From positions 1-21,538 of the forward strand of contig CAZAOV010000019.1 of assembly GCA_964486995.1 (NCBI GenBank): a stretch of DNA of 21,538 nt, in the 5' to 3' direction. Shown piece by piece: positions 8,183 to 15,886 of this stretch. Source of the stretch: an uncultured Gammaproteobacteria bacterium. Lineage in GTDB: Bacteria > Patescibacteriota > Patescibacteriia > SG8-24. Positions within the stretch are counted from its first letter, which is position 1; each line of letters opens with the position of its first letter. A program made the position numbers and the translations under genes. A model generated the notes under the pieces. It searched no databases and was not told the origin of the DNA. It saw nothing but the letters and a program-made list of their open reading frames with translations.

Positions 8183-8830
8183 ATGACCGATGTAAAGTTG
8201 CCGAATCGGCAAATGTTACATGAGATTCTAGAAGATCGCATCAACAACAATCGACGCCGAGTGAAAATTGCAAAGCTGATGGAGCCGTTTTTTGTCCGCG
8301 CCGAGACCGGCATCTATCAACTGTATCGGCGCAAACAGCTCAACAAGCGGCGCGTTGTTTCGGCGCTGAACAAATCACTGCGAGTCAATTCACGGCGGCT
8401 TGAATTCTGCTCGGTTGCGCGGCCAGTTCCGCGGCAGCCATGGATGACACACGATGCGTACATGGCGCTCCTCAACGACTACATGTTGCGCTGTATCTGG
8501 ACCAGCACCAGCGATCTCGGTATGCGTAGCGCATTGAAAGATGCCTACAGACAATACCTGAATCATAACTATCCTGACCTGCTAGCTGAGGCGGACGATA
8601 TTCTGCAAGATTTTTTCGGTAATTCACTCTGGAAGAGCTCCAACGAATCAATGTTTTCCGGCGTAGGCTATGTGCTCGAAGAGTCGTTGAAATATTTTTT
8701 CGCCTTTCAGCTCACCAACAACGCCAATATACAGCAGTGGTTGGATTCGCTTATGCGGTTGTTGCCACGGGCGATTCCGCTGGGCATACGAACCGACCGG
8801 CAAGACACTTGGGTAGTGCTGGTAGCGTGA
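8183..8830 (+). CDS. Hypothetical protein (215 aa)
   Basis: AAAGGGG SD before the ATG. Its stop overlaps the next gene's start region. No recognisable motif; no P-loop. Confidence 0.55.
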   Translation: MTDVKLPNRQMLHEILEDRINNNRRRVKIAKLMEPFFVRAETGIYQLYRRKQLNKRRVVSALNKSLRVNSRRLEFCSVARPVPRQPWMTHDAYMALLNDYMLRCIWTSTSDLGMRSALKDAYRQYLNHNYPDLLAEADDILQDFFGNSLWKSSNESMFSGVGYVLEESLKYFFAFQLTNNANIQQWLDSLMRLLPRAIPLGIRTDRQDTWVVLVA

Positions 8831-8834
8831 AGTG

Positions 8835-9317
8835 ATGAAGATAAGGAAAGTGTTGCTGACTGGCGTTTGTGCCGTGATGGTTGTTGCGGCCTGGTCCTGG
8901 GACGCTCAAGCGCAGGGTGGGGAATACGATTTAATTCGTGACAATCCACATGCTGAGGACATGTACTTTGGTTGGATGGAGGCGGCTATCACGCCGCCGC
9001 ACACCGCTGTTGGTTTGAGCCTAGGCGATAATCAGCTGTCTGTTCGCTGTGTATCGCTTGGACGCATGGTGCAGCATGAGCCGGGACATGGCTATTGCGG
9101 TTTGCATGTTGGGCGGCCGGGTTATCCTTCAGTTGGGATTGGCTTGTCCATGTCTCGCGACATTCGCCCGTTTCCGGATTCGGCTATGGCGATTGATTTG
9201 ACGTTCGGTTGCGCTGGCGTGGTGGCGCTGTTCGAATACGGCGACTATCGGCGCGAGTATCATGTGTTTTTTATGCTTCGCTTAGATCGGATATGGAACC
9301 CGATAAACCGAAGATGA
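8835..9317 (+). CDS. Secreted hypothetical protein (signal peptide)
   Basis: Begins MKIRKVLLTGVCAVMVVAAWSWDAQAQG, a typical signal peptide ending AQA-QG. It is coupled to the upstream gene, whose TGA lies 4 nt before. A terminator follows. Confidence 0.5.
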   Translation: MKIRKVLLTGVCAVMVVAAWSWDAQAQGGEYDLIRDNPHAEDMYFGWMEAAITPPHTAVGLSLGDNQLSVRCVSLGRMVQHEPGHGYCGLHVGRPGYPSVGIGLSMSRDIRPFPDSAMAIDLTFGCAGVVALFEYGDYRREYHVFFMLRLDRIWNPINRR

Positions 9318-9322
9318 GCTTG

Positions 9323-9350
9323 CCGCCTTCTTAATGAGGGCGGTTTTGTT
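9323..9350 (+). terminator. Intrinsic terminator
   Basis: CCGCC-ttcttaatgag-GGCGG followed by TTTTGTT. Confidence 0.5.
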
Positions 9351-9381
9351 ATCCTATAAACCCCCGGCGCAGCCGAAGCAT

Positions 9382-9459
9382 GCCCGTAGCGGCAGAGCTC
9401 GCCACTGCCCGGTTTGGCGAGCGCACGCTTCTACGGGCAGAGACGAGCTCTGCCGCTAA
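9382..9459. promoter_or_regulatory. Long imperfect palindrome / putative operator upstream of the ligase gene. Its right arm recurs at 4622-4648.
   Basis: The left arm GCCCGTAGCGGCAGAGCTCG (9382-9401) is the reverse complement (18/19) of the right arm CGAGCTCTGCCGCTAAGGG (9444-9462). There is a nested CTGCCCG/CGGGCAG pair. The right arm ACGGGCAGAGACGAGCTCTGCCGCTAA matches GCGGGCAGAAGCGAGCTCAGCCGCTAC upstream of TrmB paralog 1 at 22/27. Confidence 0.4.
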
Positions 9460-9560
9460 GGGTCGGCGGCGGTCGCTTACATTGACAAAATGGCCCACTT
9501 GAGATAAAAAATATTATTCGCAATAGTGCGAATTTTTTGTCGCCAGCCTAGGAGATTAAA

Positions 9561-10706
9561 TTGACACCACGTGAGATTATCGGACGACTAAGGGCGCTGG
9601 TAAAGGGTATGGTTTCGGCTCGCGTCAACAATAAGGTAAGACTGCGCGCTTGGCTCAAGGAGAATGAAGCGTATGTGGCCGAATGCCTGGCGTATGAGCG
9701 CAAAGAGGGGATGCCACCCACCACCTCGTTGGTATCGGCGCATTTTCATCCGGATCTGCCGCTAGTCGGGCTCAATTACACCGGTGTGGCGCATAATACG
9801 CTGTATGCCTTCCCCGAAGGTTGGACGCTGCCGCTCAGGTATTGCCGTGGTATCGTGTTTGACCGACGCGGTACACTCGTGGCGTGGCCGTTCGAGAAAT
9901 TCTTCAACTACGGCGAGCATCCCGACTCAATGAATATTCCGGAAGGTCCAATCACCGCCACCGAAAAGCATGACGGCCATTTGGGCATAATTTTCCGGTA
10001 TCGCGAACGGTTCATCATCACCACACGCGGCACGTTCACGCATCAGTCGGCCGCTGTCGGCCAGAAGATGCTGGATGAATTGGCGCGCCAGTATAATTGG
10101 TTCAAGATGTATCCGGAACAGATGACGTTGCTGGTTGAAATCATTCATCCGGAAACTAAAGTGCATCTGGATTACGGCGACGTCGAGCAGCTCATGCTGA
10201 TTGGTGCGCGCCATCATCGGGGGGATTTCTATGATTGCGAACACCGTGCATTGGAGCTCTTGTCCGACATCTTGGGAATGCCCTGTGCCAGTCAGATGCA
10301 GTTCCCGTCGCTAGGAGCTCTGGCCAACTACGTTGCCGACAACTCCGTGGTCACCCGCGAAGGTCTAGTCGCTGCTTACCGCGACGGACCGTTCCTGCGC
10401 CGCGTGAAGTTCAAGTTCCACGGCTACCTCGGCCTAATGTTCAACGCCAAGATGTCGTTCAAGTACGTTCTGCAGCGCATCATGAACGATGACCTAGACG
10501 ATCGCCTCAGCATGATGTCCGAAGAAAATCGGATTAAGGCTCAGAAGTGGGTCGCGCAGGCCATGGACGTGTGCAACTGGCCCGGCGCGCAAAAGGAGCG
10601 CTGGACGCGACTCTACAAGTTACTGCCCGAAGATCAAGACACTCCGTATGCCCGGCAGATTTGCCGTAGCTACGTGAAGTGGCTCGATGAACAAAAAAAC
10701 AATTAG
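9561..10706 (+). CDS. ATP-dependent RNA ligase-like covalent nucleotidyltransferase (Rnl-type). The family assignment is tentative.
   Basis: TTG start after GGAG. Motif I-like ITATEKHDGHLGIIF follows the KxDG pattern of ligases and capping enzymes. LLVEIIHPE and LRRVKFKFHGY resemble motifs III and V (KxK). No DNA-ligase OB or BRCT signatures are evident. Confidence 0.55.
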   Translation: MTPREIIGRLRALVKGMVSARVNNKVRLRAWLKENEAYVAECLAYERKEGMPPTTSLVSAHFHPDLPLVGLNYTGVAHNTLYAFPEGWTLPLRYCRGIVFDRRGTLVAWPFEKFFNYGEHPDSMNIPEGPITATEKHDGHLGIIFRYRERFIITTRGTFTHQSAAVGQKMLDELARQYNWFKMYPEQMTLLVEIIHPETKVHLDYGDVEQLMLIGARHHRGDFYDCEHRALELLSDILGMPCASQMQFPSLGALANYVADNSVVTREGLVAAYRDGPFLRRVKFKFHGYLGLMFNAKMSFKYVLQRIMNDDLDDRLSMMSEENRIKAQKWVAQAMDVCNWPGAQKERWTRLYKLLPEDQDTPYARQICRSYVKWLDEQKNN

Positions 10707-10712
10707 CGTATG

Positions 10713-10737
10713 GCCGCCTAAATAATGGCGGCTTTTT
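10713..10737 (+). terminator. Intrinsic terminator after the ligase-like gene
   Basis: GCCGCC-taaataat-GGCGGC followed by TTTTT. Confidence 0.75.
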
Positions 10738-10806
10738 GTTGCGTGTATTGACTTACAAAAAAAGTGTGTTAGGCTTTATACGAATTTTTAGCTCGAGAAA
10801 AAGCCT

Positions 10807-11559
10807 ATGCAAAGCAAAATAAGCAAGATGCTCAAAGAGTTGGGTCTAACCGACGGAGAAATCAAGACGTATCTTGCGGTCCTGAATTTAGGGCCAAGTA
10901 GCGCGTTAGACCTGTCCATTGCCACTGGCCTGACGCGTCAATCAACCTACAATGCCACCCAGCGTTTAAGCGACCTGTCATTGTTGGATTTTTCGGTGCG
11001 CGGAAATATTAGTGTCTTTTCCGCAAAAGATCCTTCATGCCTGATTAATTTTGCGCAAAGCCGCCAGCGAAATATGGATACGTTGGTTAAGGAACTTTCT
11101 GAACTTGTTCCAGAATTGAAGATGCAATCCGGCGGCGAGAAGCCTTCCGTAAGCATTCCTGAGGGCAAGGAAGGATTGCTAGAAGCCATGACGGTTATTC
11201 TGCAGTCCGGACCAGGCGGTGGGTATGAGCTAGTCGATTTCGAGGCGGTTAGAGAAAAACTGGCCGACCATGCCTATGAAGAGATGGAACAAATGGTAGC
11301 AAAACAGGGCGTGCGTGACGTTACCGCTTTTTTTACTGATTCCGCACCCGACAACATGTTGGAGGCAGTACAGAAAGCTTATATAATTCCAGGCGAGGAC
11401 GGAGGTTTTAAGTCCGTAGTCTGTGCGTTCGAAAAAAAGATTGTATTGGTTTCTTTGCGTGATAAGGTTCATACAATAGTCATTGAGGATGAGCTTTTAG
11501 CCGGGGCTCTGCGTCTGTTGTTCAAATACGCCGCAATCGGCCTGGAACAGCAGAAGTAA
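10807..11559 (+). CDS. TrmB-family transcriptional regulator, paralog 2
   Basis: Same 250-aa length and architecture as 4668..5420. The HTH reads LGLTDGEIKTYLAVLNLGPSSALDLSIATGLTRQSTYNATQRL, and GGEKP..EGKEG is shared with paralog 1. Confidence 0.8.
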   Translation: MQSKISKMLKELGLTDGEIKTYLAVLNLGPSSALDLSIATGLTRQSTYNATQRLSDLSLLDFSVRGNISVFSAKDPSCLINFAQSRQRNMDTLVKELSELVPELKMQSGGEKPSVSIPEGKEGLLEAMTVILQSGPGGGYELVDFEAVREKLADHAYEEMEQMVAKQGVRDVTAFFTDSAPDNMLEAVQKAYIIPGEDGGFKSVVCAFEKKIVLVSLRDKVHTIVIEDELLAGALRLLFKYAAIGLEQQK

Positions 11560-11580
11560 AATAATCAAATTATGTATTAA

Positions 11581-11608
11581 CGAATCTCGCAGGGAGATTC
11601 GTTTTTTT
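11581..11608 (+). terminator. Intrinsic terminator after TrmB paralog 2
   Basis: CGAATCTC-gcaggg-GAGATTCG followed by TTTTTTT. Confidence 0.8.
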
Positions 11609-11679
11609 GATTTAAACTTGTGGAAAAAACGTTAAAATTTGTACTTGACAGTCTTCAAAAAAATGATATTTTTATGAAT

Positions 11680-11797
11680 GAATTGGATCATAGGCTCCAG
11701 TTCGCGGAGGCGGATACGGCTATGCAATCTCGAGCTTGGTCGTAGGGCAGTCCGCCTCCAACCCAAAAGGACGACCAAATGGTCGTCCTTTTGGTTT
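11680..11797 (+). ncRNA. Candidate small RNA (about 115 nt) between two terminators
   Basis: -35 TTGACA at 11645-11650 with a weak -10 TATTTT 16 nt downstream. A 9-bp 5' stem GGAGGCGGA/TCCGCCTCC lies at 11707-11759. The 3' end is a perfect terminator, AAAAGGACGACC-aaat-GGTCGTCCTTTT at 11765-11792, followed by GGTTT. No ORF is present. Confidence 0.35.
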
Positions 11798-11894
11798 AGG
11801 GGTTTGAACGTCGGAAATTATGAAGGGTTTGGCTAGAAATCGGCTTCAATATTAGACGTTTCGTTATGCTCCCAAAAAGCGAAATCACAAGCTG

Positions 11895-11923
11895 TCGCGC
11901 ATGTGGCGGCTTTTTGCTATAAT
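11895..11923 (+). promoter_or_regulatory. Extended -10 promoter upstream of the repeat-protein gene
   Basis: TGcTATAAT at 11915-11923. The -35 is poor. Confidence 0.35.
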
Positions 11924-11980
11924 GGATATGAGTTAGGGAGGAGTCCAAAATCGACCCTCGATATATTAAGACAAAAACAA

Positions 11981-13672
11981 ATGGTTGTTCCGCGCAAAAA
12001 AATGTCGGCCATATTTGCCGTCGGACTGGCGCTGGGGTTGTTGTTGCCTGCCCTCGCTTTCGCGGAGCTTTCATACAAAGAAATTATCACGCCGTATCCA
12101 ATCCGTGTCGCCCATGACGCGGATTTTAGTTGTCGTGTAAGTGATGAGGGTGCGGTGGAGTGCGATGTGATTGAGCCGCATGTCGGAACAGTGACCGTGA
12201 AATTCCCGGCCGGCACCACAACTGCCGACGATTCATCTGAGGTGCTGATTGACGTTCGTAACGTCGCTGGCCGCACAGGCGTGCGAATAGACGGCGTCAA
12301 ATTACCGGATGCGCTCAGCGAAACGATAATTATGCCTCGACCCCAGACGACGACGGCGACGCGCTTATGCATTCGCGACTATCCGAACGCCGAGTTCGTT
12401 TCACCGACATCGCCATGCTTTGATGCGATCGGGCAGGGAAGAATTTTCTTGCCGCCCGGCAATGGTCAGTTTGATTTTCGTCTGAACGACGGTTTTTCGC
12501 GCCGGGTTTCATATGATGCAAAACGGATCAATTTGTCCGGTGTGCGCCACACCATGGTGGTCTTTGACCATAATTCGGTTCCGATCGGCAATGACGATTA
12601 TTGCGCAGCATATGAAGACCGGATTGCCGACTGCAGTATTTTGCACAACGACTTAGATATGGACGGCGACGTAATTGAAATTGTCGAGGTGGGTCGTCCG
12701 TTGTTTGGCCGAGCGGTTCTCAAGGGCTCGGTGGTTGAGTATAAACCGCCAGAGGAATGGTTTGGTACGGATTATTTTGACTATATTATTTCTGACGGTC
12801 GCTCGACTGCTATGGCTGGAGTGACCGTGAAAGTCGCCAAGATCAACGACCCACCGGAGCCAATTCGCGATGTGGTCGCACTGAACGAGGACGAACAGGT
12901 GACGTTTGATGTGGTATGGAATGACCGAGACCGGGACAGTGCCACCTTGCGGTGCACTGGGGTTCAGCCGGCCGAGCACGGAACTGTGACGTTAGCCGAC
13001 GGCATGCTCACGTACGTTCCGGGCCCGAACTGGTTCGGTCGAGAGGAATTGATTTACACCGTCGAGGACACCGGGGGGGCGACCGCCGAAGGTGGCGCAT
13101 TCGTGGTGGTAACCAGCGTCAACGATGCGCCGGTGGCGGAAGATGTGAAGCGAAATACCGACGAGGACGTAGCAATTAGCGGCCAAGTACGCGCAGCTGA
13201 TGTCGACAACGATAGCCTGCGCTATTTCATAGTCAAAGCACCCGCGAACGGTACCGTGGAGATGAAAGACGACGGTACCTATACATACAGCCCGAACCTC
13301 GACTATTTCGGCGAAGACGTTTTTGCTTTTTATGCTTTCGACGGCACGACCAACTCTAACCCGGGTACGGTGACAATTGAGATTACCGAGGTTTTCGATG
13401 AAGTCGCTGTTGCGAATGGCGGTGGTGCGACCAGCGTTGCCAAAGCGATAGACGACTACGCCGCATACAACAGTGATTTGGAAACCGATCGGTTCGGCAT
13501 ACTCGCCGGTATCGAAATGGCGCGGCAAGCGGTCCCGCTCGGCGAGGTTGATCTATCACTCGTCGAACGCCTGCGCACCTATGATGTGCCGGTATACGAC
13601 ACTGCGCAAGCCATCGGCCGCTTGCTCTGGGATATTTTCTACAACATCGTATTGGCGCCGATATTTGAATAA
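11981..13672 (+). CDS. Secreted cadherin-like / bacterial Ig-like (VCBS-type) repeat protein; putative adhesin
   Basis: Signal peptide MVVPRKKMSAIFAVGLALGLLLPALAFA. Repeated about 95-aa modules have the pattern NDxP...V...ED..V.....DxDxD.L.Y.I...P.NGTV...DG..TY.P..DYFG.D.F.Y...DG. Examples: DLDMDGDVIEIVEV...YKPPEEWFGTDYFDYIISDG, NDAPVAEDVKRNTDEDVAISGQVRAADVDNDSLRYFIVKAPANGTV and DGTYTYSPNLDYFGEDVFAFYAFDG. The ORF track's ATG at 11903 lies inside the promoter and is rejected. Confidence 0.7.
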   Translation: MVVPRKKMSAIFAVGLALGLLLPALAFAELSYKEIITPYPIRVAHDADFSCRVSDEGAVECDVIEPHVGTVTVKFPAGTTTADDSSEVLIDVRNVAGRTGVRIDGVKLPDALSETIIMPRPQTTTATRLCIRDYPNAEFVSPTSPCFDAIGQGRIFLPPGNGQFDFRLNDGFSRRVSYDAKRINLSGVRHTMVVFDHNSVPIGNDDYCAAYEDRIADCSILHNDLDMDGDVIEIVEVGRPLFGRAVLKGSVVEYKPPEEWFGTDYFDYIISDGRSTAMAGVTVKVAKINDPPEPIRDVVALNEDEQVTFDVVWNDRDRDSATLRCTGVQPAEHGTVTLADGMLTYVPGPNWFGREELIYTVEDTGGATAEGGAFVVVTSVNDAPVAEDVKRNTDEDVAISGQVRAADVDNDSLRYFIVKAPANGTVEMKDDGTYTYSPNLDYFGEDVFAFYAFDGTTNSNPGTVTIEITEVFDEVAVANGGGATSVAKAIDDYAAYNSDLETDRFGILAGIEMARQAVPLGEVDLSLVERLRTYDVPVYDTAQAIGRLLWDIFYNIVLAPIFE

Positions 13673-13729
13673 GAATAATAATAGCCCGGCCGGGCTCGGC
13701 CCGGCCACCAGAAATCTTTCTTTACTTAG

Positions 13730-13797
13730 CCCCCAACTCTGGGGGCATTTACTTTAACTTTTGGGGCTGGTCCTCAAAAGTTAAAGTATTTTTTTAG
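13730..13797 (+). terminator. Tandem hairpins followed by a T-run (terminator of the repeat-protein gene)
   Basis: CCCCCAactctGGGGG, then a 12-bp stem CTTTAACTTTTG-gggctggtcct-CAAAAGTTAAAG followed by TATTTTTTT. Confidence 0.6.
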
Positions 13798-13965
13798 ACA
13801 AAAATAAGACCGCCCCTCGTCGGAAGTTGGGGGAGGTCGAGCTTCATTGGTCGTTACCGTACATTCGGGGTGATTCGGTAGAACAGAACGGCGTACGACC
13901 TTGAGTTGAATTGCGAATATTTATCTCTGGCAGTCTCGATGATGGCATCAAATAGTTGTTCCTCA

Positions 13966-13985
13966 CCCGTCACTTCGTGGGCAAC
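13966..13985 (+). repeat. 20-bp exact direct repeat, copy 1 (CCCGTCACTTCGTGGGCAAC)
   Basis: Identical 20-mers occur at 13966-13985 and 16201-16220 in the same orientation. They bracket the methyltransferase, rSAM and precursor genes. The core contains CACnnnGTG. Confidence 0.8.
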
Positions 13986-14208
13986 AGGCGGTCAACGCTT
14001 TGGTGTTGCGGCTGGGGGAGTGATGGGTGAATGGCGTGTCGCGCCGCCAGTACCAGCCGATAATATGGACATCTGGCGAATTATATGCTAAGGTCGTACA
14101 ACAAATTTATACGCGAAACCTATCGAAAGTCAGAATCAACAACCGAATCCAGCCCAGAAGTGGGACTCTCTATATTCTAAGGGGGCGGCCTACAAGCCGT
14201 TCAATTTT

Positions 14209-14730
14209 TTGTTGCTCAAGAAGGTTCTGAAACGAGTCGAGGAATTGGCGGGGGCGGAACCAGGGTCTGCGCTCGACCTGGGGTGCGGCACCGGCGAGAC
14301 ACTCGCCAAACTGAAAAGTGTTGGCATCGAAGACGTGGCCGGCATCGACTGCTCGGAGGTGGCACTCGACGAGGCCAGAAAACAGCTTCCGGACGAAAGC
14401 TTGCACTGCTGTGATCTCAACGATGCGGTATTTCCTGCTGAACGGCAGTTCGATCTGATAATCTGCAAGCTGACTGTGGCGTTCGTTGCGGACAAGGAGT
14501 CGTTTCTCAATAAGGTCTCTGCCCTCATGCACGAGAAGTCCGTGCTCTGCATCATTACACCCGTGTTGCACGAGTCGCTCGAATACACAAAGGAAGACAA
14601 GCCTGGTATCGCGGTGAAGTACCCGGAGTTCAAGGCTTTGCTGGAAAGCAGATTCGGGAACGTCGAGGAGTTGCATCACGACTATACTGGCGAACGGGGT
14701 GACCTCGTGACATTCCTCGCCATTAAATAG
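14209..14730 (+). CDS. Class I SAM-dependent methyltransferase
   Basis: Motif I ALDLGCGTGE. A downstream acidic motif (IDCSEVALDEA) and the hydrophobic post-I strands follow the MTase fold. The N-terminus is unusually short, with motif I only about 20 aa from a TTG start and no close SD. It is convergent with the rSAM gene and they share a terminator. Confidence 0.6.
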   Translation: MLLKKVLKRVEELAGAEPGSALDLGCGTGETLAKLKSVGIEDVAGIDCSEVALDEARKQLPDESLHCCDLNDAVFPAERQFDLIICKLTVAFVADKESFLNKVSALMHEKSVLCIITPVLHESLEYTKEDKPGIAVKYPEFKALLESRFGNVEELHHDYTGERGDLVTFLAIK

Positions 14731-14740
14731 CGAAACAAAA

Positions 14741-14770
14741 AAAGACGGCTCGCAAAGGGGTCGTCTTTTG
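14741..14770. terminator. Bidirectional terminator between convergent methyltransferase and rSAM genes
   Basis: AAAGACG-gctcgcaaagggg-tCGTCTTTT. Confidence 0.55.
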
Positions 14771-14775
14771 GTTTG

Positions 14776-15813
14776 TCATTTCCAGCACTGCGGGTCTGCC
14801 GCCTCCCACCTGCCGTTGGTCGAGTGCGTCACCGCCATGCAGCCCCGGCAATAGTTTAGAAGTTCGCAGTCGCGGCACTTCTCCAGCCGGTCGAAATCGC
14901 GGTAGCGGTCGAGTTTCTCTCCGAAAAAGATGTCGTAGAGGCTCTGCTCGGGCACCTTGCCGACCGGACTCTTGAAGCGTCGGCAAGCGTAGGCGGTGCC
15001 GTCTGCAAGGAGTGTCATGTGTGCGTTGGCTGCGCCGCAGCCGCTCACGACCACTCCGCCGGTGTCCTCCGGCGCGAAAAGTCCGCGCTCGTAGAGAAAC
15101 AGGGTCCAGAGATGGTCCTTGAGGACGAACTCGGTTGTCGCATTCTCGTGCTTGGCGTAACAGCCCCAGACCGTACCGAGAAAATCGCGGTACTCCTCGG
15201 GTGTGAAGCTGGAGCTCGCGTCGCCATCGCCCGGGCAGTGCCGCGCGAAACCGAACACTCGCGCGCCCATGCCGACCACATGATCGATGAGCTTGGGAAT
15301 GTCTGCCGCGTTTTCCTTCGAGACGGTGGACATAATGCCTACGCCCACGCCGTTGCGCTGCAGCGTGTCGCATGCCTCGCCGGTCGCACGGAACGAGCCG
15401 CGCTTCCTGAAGCGGTCATGCGTCTTCTCCATGCCGTCCAGCGACAGCTGGAATTTTCGCACACCGAGCTCGTAGAGTCGTTGCGCCACTTCGTCGGTGA
15501 TGCCGAACGGATTTCCGAGCAGGCTTACCGGCACATCGTTCTTGCGCAGATGCGCGAGCATGTCCCAGAATCTGGGATGCAGAAGCGGATTGCCACCGGT
15601 GAGCGATACGCGCGGAATCGCGCCTAGGCGCTTGCAGGTTTGAACATAGTCGTTGGCGATCGCGGTGAGGGTGCCGTAGCCCATGCGTCGCTCGCCCTCG
15701 ATTTCCCGCTTCGCGTCCGGCGACGTGTACAGGTAGCAGTGTCGGCACCGCTGCTCACAGCTGGTCGTCAGGTGCCACTGAAGGGACAAGACTGGTTTGT
15801 TGCTTTCGTTCAT
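14776..15813 (-). CDS. Radical SAM enzyme with a C-terminal SPASM/twitch-type auxiliary cluster domain (peptide-modifying maturase)
   Basis: Canonical CxxxCxxC (TTSCEQRCRHC) near the N-terminus. GGNPLL is a glycine-rich SAM-binding motif. The C-terminal Cys-rich block CGAANAHMTLLADGTAYACRRF...CRDCELLNYCRGC is typical of SPASM domains. ATG at 15813..15811. Confidence 0.85.
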   Translation of the reverse strand: MNESNKPVLSLQWHLTTSCEQRCRHCYLYTSPDAKREIEGERRMGYGTLTAIANDYVQTCKRLGAIPRVSLTGGNPLLHPRFWDMLAHLRKNDVPVSLLGNPFGITDEVAQRLYELGVRKFQLSLDGMEKTHDRFRKRGSFRATGEACDTLQRNGVGVGIMSTVSKENAADIPKLIDHVVGMGARVFGFARHCPGDGDASSSFTPEEYRDFLGTVWGCYAKHENATTEFVLKDHLWTLFLYERGLFAPEDTGGVVVSGCGAANAHMTLLADGTAYACRRFKSPVGKVPEQSLYDIFFGEKLDRYRDFDRLEKCRDCELLNYCRGCMAVTHSTNGRWEAADPQCWK

Positions 15814-15818
15814 CGTCT

Positions 15819-15839
15819 GCCTCTCTGAAAAAAAGAGGC
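15819..15839 (-). promoter_or_regulatory. Intercistronic stem-loop between the precursor and maturase genes
   Basis: GCCTCT-(9-nt loop)-AGAGGC ending 5 nt before the rSAM ATG. Its 3' arm overlaps the GAGG of the putative SD. There is no trailing U-run, so it is more likely an attenuator or processing site than a terminator. Confidence 0.4.
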
Positions 15840-15886
15840 GGAGCCAAGTGCGCTACGCCTCAATAAGATGCATGGCATGCAGTGCC

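Noticed and set aside
9927-10492. ORFs 9927..10244(-) and 10235..10492(+)
   Set aside because: They overlap the ligase-like gene in other frames or on the opposite strand, and carry no motifs.
11903-11980. ATG at 11903 as the start of the repeat protein
   Set aside because: It lies within the extended -10 promoter element. The signal peptide begins at the 11981/12002 ATGs.
11917-13528. Minus-strand ORFs 11917..12372, 12330..12521, 12653..12979 and 12992..13528
   Set aside because: They are antisense to the cadherin-like repeat protein gene, whose frame shows a signal peptide and repeated domain motifs.
13893-14098. 10-bp inverted repeat GTACGACCTT / AAGGTCGTAC flanking repeat copy 1
   Set aside because: Length and spacing are within chance expectation for a 21-kb window. 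There is no supporting structure.
14723-15748. ORFs 14723..15373(-), 15019..15627(+), 15045..15281(-) and 15416..15748(-) overlapping the radical SAM gene
   Set aside because: They are alternative or antisense frames of a GC-rich gene whose authentic frame carries the CxxxCxxC and SPASM motifs.
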